Assembly (NCBI RefSeq): GCF_003231495.1
Contig: NZ_PQWO01000001.1
Coordinates: forward strand, 573,850 to 605,849
DNA: 32,000 nt
Origin: Acaryochloris thomasi RCC1774
GTDB taxonomy: Bacteria > Cyanobacteriota > Cyanobacteriia > Thermosynechococcales > Thermosynechococcaceae
Direction: 5' to 3'
Below are positions 1 through 11,117 of this stretch, in pieces; the first letter of the stretch is position 1, and each line of letters starts with the position of its first letter. Under the pieces are notes generated by a model that saw nothing but the letters and a program-made list of their open reading frames with translations, searched no databases and was not told the origin of the DNA. The translations under genes and the position numbers were made by a program.

Positions 1-655
1 GGTTCTCTGCTTTGTATTCGACTAGGACCACTCTGCCACCCGGCTTGAGAGCTTGGGTAACGGCCTCCATCATTTCGCGGGGGTAGGCAAACTCGTGGTA
101 GGCATCCACCATTAGAGCTAAGTCCACGCTTTCATGCGCTAGGTTAGGATTTTTCTCGGTTCCCAGGATGCCTTGAATGTTGGCGATCTGCCGTTGCTGT
201 TGAACGCTCTCCAAAATCTCTAGCATTTCGGGCTGCACATCTACGGCGAGGACTTTGCCTTCAGGCAGTAGGGGGGCGAGTCGAAAGCTGATGAATCCTG
301 TCCCGGCACCAATGTCAGCGACGGTGTCGGTGGGTTCTAGGTTCAAGGCTGGAATGAACTGCTGCGGTTGTTCTGAGATGGATCGGCTGGGCCGCTCTAG
401 CCAGCCAGCACCTTGATGTCCCATCACCTGAGAGATCTCTCGTCCCATGTAGATCTTGCCAATGCCGTCGGAGCTAGGTTGAGCCTGTGATTTGTAAACG
501 GTCGCTAAAGGATCGGTAGTATGCTGCACAATCGGAATTGCAGCAGGATGAGCCAGCAGTTCAGAAGTCTGTGCCGGTAGAGCCAGCCCTATCTGGAGCA
601 AAAGACAGAGGGTGAACGGTCCAAGGGTAGACCATATATGAGTAGAGCGGTTCAC
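1..655 (-). CDS. Class I SAM-dependent methyltransferase with an N-terminal hydrophobic signal/anchor segment. The C-terminal end of the protein is cut off by the window edge.
   Basis: My own minus-strand translation from GTG at 655 reads VNRSTHIWSTLGPFTLCLLLQIGLALPAQTSE..., then ...DTVADIGAGTGFISFRLAPLLPEGKVLAVDVQPEML (SAM motif I), then ...LKPGGRVVLVEYKAEN running off base 1. It is absent from the ORF track because it is open at the window edge. Confidence 0.7.
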   Translation of the reverse strand, partial: MNRSTHIWSTLGPFTLCLLLQIGLALPAQTSELLAHPAAIPIVQHTTDPLATVYKSQAQPSSDGIGKIYMGREISQVMGHQGAGWLERPSRSISEQPQQFIPALNLEPTDTVADIGAGTGFISFRLAPLLPEGKVLAVDVQPEMLEILESVQQQRQIANIQGILGTEKNPNLAHESVDLALMVDAYHEFAYPREMMEAVTQALKPGGRVVLVEYKAEN

Positions 656-837
656 AGTAATCCTGAGACGACGACCTCTGTATGTTAAACCGTATCGCTA
701 GCGCGTAATGCTTCTACATTGGTACCGCACCAGAGCGCCCTTTGCAGGATGCGACAGTCAGAGGCTGGTGGTTGACCACCGTATCTCAAGCGAAAACTTT
801 TTCTATACCAGTACCTACCTGTGCGAAGGGTGCTGAT

Positions 838-2853
<2,016 letters not shown>

Positions 2854-2938
2854 CTAGCATAAAAGCCTTGGTCGCGGCCCTAGAAGCGTCTATGAGGGAA
2901 TTTAGATTGCAGATCCACCTCAAAAAGTTTTGTAACCC

Positions 2939-3844
2939 ATGATACAGCCCGGTCTGATTGTGATTTGTGGCCCTACGGCGACGGGTAAGTCACGGTTAGC
3001 GCTTCACTTAGCTGAGCGTCTTGGCGGTCCAATCCTTAGCGCTGATTCGCGGCAGGTCTATCGGGAGTTTGATATTGGTACTGCTAAACCTTCTCGGGAG
3101 GAACAATCGCAAGTTCCTCATCACCTCATTGACATCTGTGATCCCACAGAGACATTTACCCTTGCTCAGTTTCAGCAGCAGGCTCAAGAACTGATTGCTC
3201 AGTATCAGGCTCAGGGCATTATACCCCTATTAGTGGGGGGCACCGGACTCTATATTAAAGCTGTGGTTCAGGGACTGAAGATCCCACAGGTGGGGCCGCA
3301 GTTGGAGTTGAGATCGCAACTCCCTGATCAAACTCAAAGCTATGGCTGGCTGCAGCAGGTCGACCCTAGCTCCGCCGCCAAAATTCACCCCAACGATCGG
3401 GTCCGAACGCTAAGAGCCCTGGAGGTTTACTACGTGACCGGCCTTCCCCTCTCACAGCAGCAGGGCCGCTGTCCGCCAACCTATCCCATCCTGCAGATTG
3501 GGCTGGACGATCAGGATTTAGAGCTGCACACCCAGAGGATTCAGCAGCGCACTCAGGTCATGATCGAGCAGGGCTGGCTCACAGAAATACGAAACTTGAT
3601 GGAGCAATATGGCCCCAAGCTACCGTTGCTCAATACCCTCGGCTATCAAGAAATGCGACAGCACCTGCAGCATGAAATTTCTTTAGAGCAAGCCCAAGAC
3701 TTAACGGTTATTCATACTCGTCAGTTCGCCAAACGCCAGCGGACCTGGTTTCGGGCTGATCCCACTATCACATGGCTAGCGGCCTCAAACCCTGATTGGC
3801 TCGTCCTTGAGCAGGTCATCGATCGCTTTATCCGTCCGCTCTAG
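2939..3844 (+). CDS. miaA: tRNA dimethylallyltransferase
   Basis: P-loop GPTATGKS, then ADSRQVYREFDIGTAKP, LVGGTGLY and a C-terminal HTRQFAKRQRTWFR motif. Confidence 0.95.
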   Translation: MIQPGLIVICGPTATGKSRLALHLAERLGGPILSADSRQVYREFDIGTAKPSREEQSQVPHHLIDICDPTETFTLAQFQQQAQELIAQYQAQGIIPLLVGGTGLYIKAVVQGLKIPQVGPQLELRSQLPDQTQSYGWLQQVDPSSAAKIHPNDRVRTLRALEVYYVTGLPLSQQQGRCPPTYPILQIGLDDQDLELHTQRIQQRTQVMIEQGWLTEIRNLMEQYGPKLPLLNTLGYQEMRQHLQHEISLEQAQDLTVIHTRQFAKRQRTWFRADPTITWLAASNPDWLVLEQVIDRFIRPL

Positions 3845-3901
3845 CTCAGGCCCTGAAATTTCCTCCGCACAAGCTCACAGGGCTTTGTTAAAATAGCGGG
3901 G

Positions 3902-4441
3902 TTGTTTAGAATTCAACCTCATTTGACTCAATCGCTTGACTTACCTCAGGTGGGTGATCCTAAGGCTGACGAGTTTCTGCAAGAGTTAGCCGCCATCCAG
4001 CAGACTAGCTCCAAACGCATTGCCCTGCTTGGATCCCGCCACGTGCCGCTCATGCATCAGCATATGATTGAAATGATGAGCTATGCCCTCGTGCTCACCG
4101 GCAATCAACTATTGACCTCGGGAGCGATTGGCACCAATGCCGCCGCTATTAGAGGTGCGATGCGAGCTGATCCCAGCCTATTAACGGTCATTTTGCCCCA
4201 AAGCATGGGCCGCCAGCCCCGCGAGTCAAGGGAACAGCTTGAGAATGTCATGCACCTGGTTGAAAAGCCTGAAAACGACGGTCTTGCTTTAGGTGAAGCC
4301 AGCGCTCTCTGTAATCAAGAAATCGTATCTCGCTGTGATCAGCTGGTTTGCTTTGCATTCCATGACAGCCAAACACTCTTAAAAACCTGCCACGATGCTG
4401 AGGCCCAGCGCAAGCTGGTGACTCTATTCTATTTCGATTGA
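3902..4441 (+). CDS. Rossmann-fold protein, DprA/Smf-like. The family assignment is uncertain.
   Basis: The pattern IALLGSRHVP...LLTSGAIGTNAAAIRGAM...TVILPQS...QLVCFAF resembles the DprA/Smf nucleotide-binding fold. The track start is a TTG codon. Confidence 0.45.
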   Translation: MFRIQPHLTQSLDLPQVGDPKADEFLQELAAIQQTSSKRIALLGSRHVPLMHQHMIEMMSYALVLTGNQLLTSGAIGTNAAAIRGAMRADPSLLTVILPQSMGRQPRESREQLENVMHLVEKPENDGLALGEASALCNQEIVSRCDQLVCFAFHDSQTLLKTCHDAEAQRKLVTLFYFD

Positions 4442-4465
4442 TGAGACCGGTCTGACCCTCGGGGG

Positions 4466-5362
4466 CTAGGTCTGCAAACCGTGGTCAGACTGCGGTTTTG
4501 ACTCTGCTGATTTTCCGGCAGCCAGGAACTCTTCAAAGGATGAGCTAGGATCCACTTTTGGAGGTTCTGGGTGAGACGGAGGAGCGTCAGGAGACACGGG
4601 TTTCCAGATAAGTTTAGCGCCGTTCGCTGATGGCTGTGACGTTCCACCACCATTGGCTGCAGCAGTCTCTGCGGTGGTCGCCGGTGGCGTGCGCGGCGCG
4701 ACCTTGGGCAATGATGTAAAGCGAGACGGATCAGATATCGGTTTTGGTTGATGGCTAGGTTCTGAAGTCAGTTGTTCCGGTGCTTCCTGGACCACGAAGG
4801 CAGCAGCATCTGGCTCAGCAGCAGAATTCAGAGGTGTTGATGGCGCTGCAGTTGTTTTCGGGGGTGACGAGTTTGCCGCAGTCGTGGCGTCATTACTCAA
4901 TGCTGAGGAAGCTGAAGGCTCTGGGGAGGTGGCAGATGGCGGAACTGTGGCAGCCGCGGCCGGGGGCGGAGATTGGGCAGGCTGAGGTTCTGAAGCTGGA
5001 ACATTAACGGCAAAGTCCTGGTCGCTGCAGCTCAGCAAACGCCAGCCGGGATTGGCCGCACTTCGCTTAAGGAGACTTTGATAGACCTGACTGCAGTGAT
5101 TATTGCTTTGCAGCGGTAGTTCTTCGTTCTTCACCACCAGCTCAAAGTCTGCTGCATGCATTGTTGAACGGGTGCTATCTACGAGTACTTCGACGGTCGC
5201 CAGCTTAGTGAACGGAACTTGACCAGGCTTTTCCCTGGCCATGAGATAGTCTTCCCTGAAAATTAGTACCTCAAGGCTACAGCTCTTGAGAAGCTCTGTA
5301 ATATTGGGATAAAGATTTGCGAGGGCAACAGCCACTGTGACTGAGCAGGTATATCGAGCCAT
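4466..5362 (-). CDS. Hypothetical protein with a ~115-aa structured N-terminal domain and a ~180-aa Pro/Ala/Ser/Thr-rich low-complexity tail
   Basis: A long ATG-initiated ORF (MARYTCSVTVAVALANLYPNITELL...). The second half is compositionally biased (PPPAAAATVPPSATSPEPSASS...). I do not recognise a family. Confidence 0.55.
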   Translation of the reverse strand: MARYTCSVTVAVALANLYPNITELLKSCSLEVLIFREDYLMAREKPGQVPFTKLATVEVLVDSTRSTMHAADFELVVKNEELPLQSNNHCSQVYQSLLKRSAANPGWRLLSCSDQDFAVNVPASEPQPAQSPPPAAAATVPPSATSPEPSASSALSNDATTAANSSPPKTTAAPSTPLNSAAEPDAAAFVVQEAPEQLTSEPSHQPKPISDPSRFTSLPKVAPRTPPATTAETAAANGGGTSQPSANGAKLIWKPVSPDAPPSHPEPPKVDPSSSFEEFLAAGKSAESKPQSDHGLQT

Positions 5363-5690
5363 GTTAAGGGAGGATAAACTTTTTAAGCGGCAAAGGGAAG
5401 GTCGAATTCACTTCAGCATAGCGAGTAAATTCGTCTTGGCAAGTTTTGCCCCCGGTTGCAAGGATTTTTGAACAATCCACCTTCCACTTAAACATAAGCT
5501 GACTCCTAGGTTTGATCAAGGCACAGAGAGGATAAAACCTTGTCAGCTCGGCACGATAGACATCCACTTCCCTCCTTCCGCAGACCGTTAAATTTCATCA
5601 AAGTTTAATGCATGCCGCTGTCCCGCGATGACTTCGTAGCGTAATGTCTTTGGACCTGTTTCAATATTTGTGTATCCACGGCAGGTATCT

Positions 5691-6374
5691 ATGCAGGGCA
5701 AGTTAATTGTTTTTGAAGGCGGAGAAGGGGGCGGCAAATCAACGCAGCTGATGCGATTGAAGGACTGGCTGTTAGCGAGTTCTTTTTGGGCGCAGCGACA
5801 GGGAGGCGAGCCGCCTGTCGTCACAACGCGTGAACCCGGTGGTACAGCTTTGGGGGCGCGGCTGCGGGCGTTGCTTTTGAACACTCAAGATTCAGCGGAG
5901 GTTGCGATCGCAAATCGTTCTGAACTCCTGCTTTACGCGGCAGACCGAGCCCAGCATGTTGCCGAGTTTATTACTCCCCATCTAGAGCAGGGAGACCTCG
6001 TGCTTTGCGATCGCTACACGGCTTCAACCGTGGCCTACCAGGGCTACGGTCGCGGTCTGGATCTGGGTCTCATTAAACAACTCAACCAAATTGCTACGGC
6101 AGGGGTTACCTGCGACTTGACCCTTTGGCTTGATCTTGATGTCAGCATTGGCCTTGAGCGAGTCCGGCAGCGTGGTGAGACCTTCGATCGCATGGAGACC
6201 GGGGAGGTCGCCTTCCATCAACGGATTCGAGATGGATTTACGGCGATTGCGGCTCAACAGCCCACGATGGTGCAGATCGATGCGGCCCGCGATCCTGATA
6301 CGGTGGCTGCTCATATTCAAGCCGTTATCCAAGAGTACCTACAGCAATGGTATCCGCCCCTTTCTCAGAATTAG
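5691..6374 (+). CDS. tmk: Thymidylate kinase
   Basis: P-loop FEGGEGGGKSTQ, then TREPGGT and CDRYTASTVAYQG. I moved the start to ATG 5691 (MQGKLIVFEG); the track start at 5670 is a GTG. Confidence 0.93.
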   Translation: MQGKLIVFEGGEGGGKSTQLMRLKDWLLASSFWAQRQGGEPPVVTTREPGGTALGARLRALLLNTQDSAEVAIANRSELLLYAADRAQHVAEFITPHLEQGDLVLCDRYTASTVAYQGYGRGLDLGLIKQLNQIATAGVTCDLTLWLDLDVSIGLERVRQRGETFDRMETGEVAFHQRIRDGFTAIAAQQPTMVQIDAARDPDTVAAHIQAVIQEYLQQWYPPLSQN

Positions 6375-7279
6375 TTGGACAAGAGCAGGCAACTAAGCTG
6401 CTGCTACGTGCGATCGCAACCCACCGCATTGCCCCTGCATACCTCTTTGTAGGCCCCCACGGTGTTGGACGTCGCTTAGCAGCTCAAGCCTTCCTGCAGC
6501 AATTGCTTCAAGGTTCTACTCACCGCGCCATTGAGAACCATCCCGACGTGCTGTGGATCGAACCCACCTATACACAGCAGGGCAAACTGATCACGGTCTC
6601 TGCCCTAGCCGCCAAAGGAGACAAGCCTCCTAAAGCTCAGCCACAGGTCCGTTTGGCTCAAATTCGCCAGATTGCTCAGTTCCTTAGTCAGTCACCTTTA
6701 GAAGCAGCCCGCCAGTGCGTCGTCATTGATCATGCCGAGACGATGAAAGAAGCCGCCGCCAACGGCCTGCTCAAAACCCTAGAAGAACCGGGAAGTGCAA
6801 CCCTGATTCTGTTAGCCCCCACCGCCGATAGTCTTCTGCCCACCCTCGTCTCTCGCTGTCAGCAGATCCCATTCCGGCCCCTCTCTGCCGCTCACATGCA
6901 GCAGGTGTTAGGCCAAGCGGGCCACGCCGAAGTCCTCAGCAATATTCCTGTTCTCTCAATGGCCCAGGGCAGTCCTGGTGCTGCCATCACCGCCTGGGAA
7001 CAGCTCCAGACAATCCCATCTGAACTTCTTGAGCGCTGCCATCTCTGCCCGACGACCGCTTCTGACTGCCTAGCGCTCGCGCAGTCCGTTGAGCAGTCCT
7101 TAGAGGTCGATGCTCAGCTCTGGCTGATTGATTATCTGCAGCAGATTGACTGGCAAACTTATGGGCAAGCCCAGCGACTTCATATTCTCGAAACCGCGAG
7201 GCGCTATCTGCGCTCCTATGCTCAGCCCCGCCTTGTCTGGGAAGTTACCCTGTTAGAGCTTATGGAAACAGTGCCTTAG
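6347..7279 (+). CDS. holB: DNA polymerase III delta-prime subunit
   Basis: FSELVGQEQA...AYLFVGPHGVGRR...NGLLKTLEEP...LVSRCQ. It overlaps the 3-prime end of tmk by 28 nt. Confidence 0.85.
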   Translation: MVSAPFSELVGQEQATKLLLRAIATHRIAPAYLFVGPHGVGRRLAAQAFLQQLLQGSTHRAIENHPDVLWIEPTYTQQGKLITVSALAAKGDKPPKAQPQVRLAQIRQIAQFLSQSPLEAARQCVVIDHAETMKEAAANGLLKTLEEPGSATLILLAPTADSLLPTLVSRCQQIPFRPLSAAHMQQVLGQAGHAEVLSNIPVLSMAQGSPGAAITAWEQLQTIPSELLERCHLCPTTASDCLALAQSVEQSLEVDAQLWLIDYLQQIDWQTYGQAQRLHILETARRYLRSYAQPRLVWEVTLLELMETVP

Positions 7280-7312
7280 TTCGTCAATTCGGTGCTACAA
7301 TTATTCGAGTCC

Positions 7313-7385
<73 letters not shown>

Positions 7386-7425
7386 TTTAAACTAGAAGCC
7401 TCTCGTACAGCATTTTGTGCTGGCA

Positions 7426-7863
7426 TCACCTTTTTGGTGCATTTTTAGGAGGCAGTCTTACGATCGTAAACCAGAATTCTTCCAGCAACTGCACAATTTT
7501 GGTTAGCCCGTCTAGCCCAATCGGTTTAGTGACGTAGGCATTGGCTCCAATGCGATAGCTCTTGAGGACATCTTCATCCGCCTCAGAGGTCGTGAGGATA
7601 ACCACAGGCAGGTGCCTTAGACCGTCATGGGCGCGAATTTTTTCTAGCACCTCACGGCCATCCATTTGGGGCATATTGAGGTCAAGCAGGATCAGATCGG
7701 GTAGGTTTGGCTCTGGCTTATCAAGTTGTTCGTGTAGGTATGACATAGCCTCCACGCCATTGCGAGCAACTTCCATCTCTAGCTGCACCTTGGTCTCTTC
7801 TAGAGCAATTTCAATAAGTTCAATGTCGCCCAAGTCGTCGTCAACTAATAAAACCGTAATCAA
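7426..7863 (-). CDS. Single-domain CheY-like response regulator (receiver domain only)
   Basis: ITVLLVDDD...LILLDLNMPQMDG...VVILTTS...GANAYVTKP. The start is TTG with AAGGGAG upstream. It lies 62 nt downstream of the histidine kinase on the same strand. Confidence 0.9.
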   Translation of the reverse strand: MITVLLVDDDLGDIELIEIALEETKVQLEMEVARNGVEAMSYLHEQLDKPEPNLPDLILLDLNMPQMDGREVLEKIRAHDGLRHLPVVILTTSEADEDVLKSYRIGANAYVTKPIGLDGLTKIVQLLEEFWFTIVRLPPKNAPKR

Positions 7864-7925
7864 GATTCAATTCTCCCTTACTTCGATAAACTTACCGTGA
7901 TTGATAGCCTTTGCGCTGAACTGAT

Positions 7926-10463
7926 TTATGCGCTGACCTCAACAGCAGCTAGAGTCACCTCTTGGTGGTGTGAATCCAGTTTTCGCTGGGTTGAGAGTGT
8001 GAACATGAAGGTAGCTCCTGGCTCCGAGGACTCGCTCAACCAAATCTTTCCCCCATGTCGTTCGATAATCTTTTTGCAGACGGCTAAACCAATTCCAGTG
8101 CCAGAATAGGCTTCACGATTGTGGAGGCGCTGAAAAATGATAAAGATGCGGTCTGCATACTCAGGAGCAATACCAATGCCGTTGTCTTGAACAGAGAAAG
8201 TCCAGATTGCATCAGATTGAACCGCTCGAATTTGAATCTTCGGAATCTCAGCCTGACAGTACTTGATCGCGTTGCTCACCAGATTTTGAAATAACTGCCG
8301 CATTTGCGACGGATCTGCAGGTAAGGTCGGCAAGGGCTGAGATTCAATTTGGACCTGTCGTTCTGTAATGATATGAGTCAGATCGGACTGAATATCCGCC
8401 AAGATCGTGTTCAGATCAGTGGGCTGAACATTGAGCTCTGCCCGTCCGACCCGAGAGTAGGTCAGCAGATCGCGGATCAACACCTGCATTCGGCTGGTGC
8501 CGTCCATAATATGGTTCATGTAGCGCTCTGCTTTTTCATCTCCTTCTCCTGGGTAGCGTTTAAACAGAAGTTCAGTGAAGCTTTTAATCTTACGCAGGGG
8601 TTCTTGAAGATCATGGGAGGCAACGTAGGCGAATTGGCCCAGTTCTTGATTTGAGCGTGAGAGTTCGTGGTTGAGCTGGTGTAGCTCTTCTTCTACTGCT
8701 TTGCGATCGCTAATATCAAGGTGTACGCCAGCCATGCGTGAGGGCTGATTCTGCCCATCTCGCTCAACCACTTTCCCGAGGTTGGCAATCCATTTCCATG
8801 CGCCGGATTCCGTCAGCATTCGATAGTCAAAGGCATAGGGAGTAGAGGCATCTTTAAGGTGAGCCGCAAGAATATTTTGAACCCAGGGTAAATCATCGGG
8901 ATGGACTAGGTTTTCCCAAGTCAAATAATTTCCTTTGCCTTGTTGATCCGTATAGCCCAGCATTGTGAAGTACTGAGGACTCAGGTTAAGTGCGCCAGTC
9001 TCGATATCCCAATTCCACCAGGCTGCACCCGATGCCTCTAGTGCCAGCTCTAGCTGTTCTTGGCTCTGTTTTAGACTTGCTTCAGCTTGTCGTCGATCCT
9101 GTACCTCTTGCTGCAGTAACTGGTTGGCTGTGAGCAGCTCTTGCGTGCGCTCTTTGACTCGATTTTCTAGGTCTTCCTTTGCTTGCTGGAGCTGTCGTTC
9201 GAGCTGCTTTCGCACAGTGATATCTCGCCAGCTTGATCGACTTTGAACAACCTGTCCCTGTTGATCGCGGATAGCATGCACATTGAGGCTAACATCCATC
9301 TGACTACCGTCTTTACGCTGGAGCTGAAGTTGCGCATCTTGCACTCTTCCGGTTTGGACGAATTGCTGAAAGGCCACTTCAACGTCTGGTAGACAAGCAG
9401 GGTGATAGACGTCAAAAATCCTTCGATCCAATATTTCAGTCTTGGTATAGCCCAGTGCGTTCGTTAGGGTCTGGTTACAGCGAAGAATTTTTTTGCTCTC
9501 CGCATCAACAGAGACGTACATGTCGGGCGCATTTTCGTAGAGATCTTGATATTCTGCCTGAGACTCCTGCAACCGAATGTAGGTCTGCTCAAGATCCGCA
9601 GTTCGTTCCTGAATTCTCGCTTCTAAATCCTCATTAAGAATTTGTAGGTCGGCTTCGTACTGCTTACGGGCGGTAATATCTTGAATCTGAGAGACAAAGT
9701 ATTGTGGATGTCCCTCCGGTCCATAAACTGTGGATACGCTTAGGAGTGCCCAGATTACCTGCCCATCCTTGTGAAAATAGCGTTTTTCCATTTCATAGCG
9801 GCTGATTTCCCCCAAGAACATATGCTGTACATAATTCAAGTCTTTGTCTAGATCCTCAGGGTGGGTGATGGCTTGAAAGGTCGTTTGTAACAGCTCTGCC
9901 TCTGAATAGCCAGTGAGTTCACAAAGGGCTGAATTGACCTTTAGCCAGCTTCCGTCTAGGTCAACGAGTGCTTTGCCAATGGGGGCATAGTCAAAGGCAT
10001 TTTGGAAAAGCTGCTGGCTATCTGTTAATTCTGCTTCAATGCGTTGTCGCTCTGCCATAGAGAACGTTAGGGCGCGGTTGACTTTTTCCAGCTCCGCAGG
10101 ACTCTTGAGCGCTAAGGCTTGGGGGACAACAAACAAAAGCTGAATCGCGGTCATCACTGAAATAATGGCAGTCACGGCTTTCGCAAAGCCTGATATCCAG
10201 TAGTCAGGATTCCATAACGTCCAGATTTCTAAAAGATGAGTGGTACCGCAGGCAAGAATAAAGGCTCCGAACAGTACGAATACTCTGGAATACATCAAGT
10301 CTTTTCGCTGATAGACGAAGTAAACCAGCATGCAAGGGATAGAAAAATATGCGATCGCAACTAGCGCATCCGAGATCACATGCAGCCCAACTAACTCTGG
10401 TTTCCAGAGATAGCAATGGCCATGGGGGATAAAAAAGCTCGGAGAGTAGGAAGTATCCAGCAT
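7926..10463 (-). CDS. Sensor histidine kinase with an N-terminal ethylene-binding-domain-like transmembrane module, three PAS/PAC domains, HisKA and HATPase_c
   Basis: N-terminal residues 28-80 align with Arabidopsis ETR1 as I recall it: ISDALVAIAYFSIP vs ISDFFIAIAYFSIP, and FGAFILACGTTHLLEIWT vs FGAFIVLCGATHLINLWT. There are three PAS-like segments. The H-box is FAYVASHDLQEPLRKI, the N box is LVSNAIKY, and the G boxes are DNGIGI and GTGIGLA. Confidence 0.9.
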   Translation of the reverse strand: MLDTSYSPSFFIPHGHCYLWKPELVGLHVISDALVAIAYFSIPCMLVYFVYQRKDLMYSRVFVLFGAFILACGTTHLLEIWTLWNPDYWISGFAKAVTAIISVMTAIQLLFVVPQALALKSPAELEKVNRALTFSMAERQRIEAELTDSQQLFQNAFDYAPIGKALVDLDGSWLKVNSALCELTGYSEAELLQTTFQAITHPEDLDKDLNYVQHMFLGEISRYEMEKRYFHKDGQVIWALLSVSTVYGPEGHPQYFVSQIQDITARKQYEADLQILNEDLEARIQERTADLEQTYIRLQESQAEYQDLYENAPDMYVSVDAESKKILRCNQTLTNALGYTKTEILDRRIFDVYHPACLPDVEVAFQQFVQTGRVQDAQLQLQRKDGSQMDVSLNVHAIRDQQGQVVQSRSSWRDITVRKQLERQLQQAKEDLENRVKERTQELLTANQLLQQEVQDRRQAEASLKQSQEQLELALEASGAAWWNWDIETGALNLSPQYFTMLGYTDQQGKGNYLTWENLVHPDDLPWVQNILAAHLKDASTPYAFDYRMLTESGAWKWIANLGKVVERDGQNQPSRMAGVHLDISDRKAVEEELHQLNHELSRSNQELGQFAYVASHDLQEPLRKIKSFTELLFKRYPGEGDEKAERYMNHIMDGTSRMQVLIRDLLTYSRVGRAELNVQPTDLNTILADIQSDLTHIITERQVQIESQPLPTLPADPSQMRQLFQNLVSNAIKYCQAEIPKIQIRAVQSDAIWTFSVQDNGIGIAPEYADRIFIIFQRLHNREAYSGTGIGLAVCKKIIERHGGKIWLSESSEPGATFMFTLSTQRKLDSHHQEVTLAAVEVSA

Positions 10464-10514
10464 TTTGACTTGTTATTCAATAATCTCGACCAGCCCCTCA
10501 AGATAGGCCAACAC

Positions 10515-11117
10515 TCAGTCGCGGTTCAGTGCCGCTTGACAGAACAAATTGGGTAGTCGCCGCCGCACAAACATCAGCAGATAAACGCCGATATACAGTA
10601 CATTCACGGCAATGAAGAGACCCTGTACAAACACCGACTCAACGATCGGGAATAAATACAGCGTGGCGATCAGCACCAGCAAAATTTCCACTAGGGCCAC
10701 AATGTAGCCATGGTGCCTTGGATCCCAATACGATACGGGGCTGATGAAACGATAGTGATGGAAGGGAAAAAAGTGACGGTGTGCATCATCATGGTGGACG
10801 GGAAGGTCTAATAGTGAATGCAGCACGGCACTACCGGACAACAGTGCTAACGTGTGTGATTGGCATAGGATACCCACACCCACTCCCACACTCGCCAAGG
10901 GAATAGAATGAAATAGATCAGTCCAGGTTTGCCAGAATGGCAGGTAGTACGTTTCGGTCCATAGTTGCCGTGCTGGAATACGTCGAATCTTTGCCCATGC
11001 ATACAGCACAAACATCGGAACATCAGGCAATATAGCTCCTAATGTGATAATCGGGAGTGCTTGAGGTTCCGGTAGCAGCAGAGCAAGATTTAGAATTGCA
11101 TGGCTGGGCGTATTCAC
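10515..11117 (-). CDS. Polytopic membrane protein with His-rich motifs, possibly a membrane-bound metal-dependent hydrolase family member
   Basis: Several hydrophobic helices plus HSLLDLPVHHDDAHRHFFPFHHYRF...DPRHHGY. GTG start. It sits 51 nt upstream of the kinase on the same strand. Family assignment is weak. Confidence 0.5.
   Translation of the reverse strand: MNTPSHAILNLALLLPEPQALPIITLGAILPDVPMFVLYAWAKIRRIPARQLWTETYYLPFWQTWTDLFHSIPLASVGVGVGILCQSHTLALLSGSAVLHSLLDLPVHHDDAHRHFFPFHHYRFISPVSYWDPRHHGYIVALVEILLVLIATLYLFPIVESVFVQGLFIAVNVLYIGVYLLMFVRRRLPNLFCQAALNRD

Noticed and set aside
4429-5007. Track ORFs 4429-4653 (-) and 4780-5007 (+) within or opposite the low-complexity tail of the 298-aa protein
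   Set aside because: These are alternative frames of a compositionally biased GC-rich stretch. The longer ORF, with a sensible N-terminal domain, explains the open frame.
5588-5884. 98-aa minus-strand ORF overlapping the tmk start
   Set aside because: It is antisense to the tmk P-loop region, has an Arg/Pro/Ser-rich composition, and belongs to no family I recognise. I treat it as a shadow ORF.
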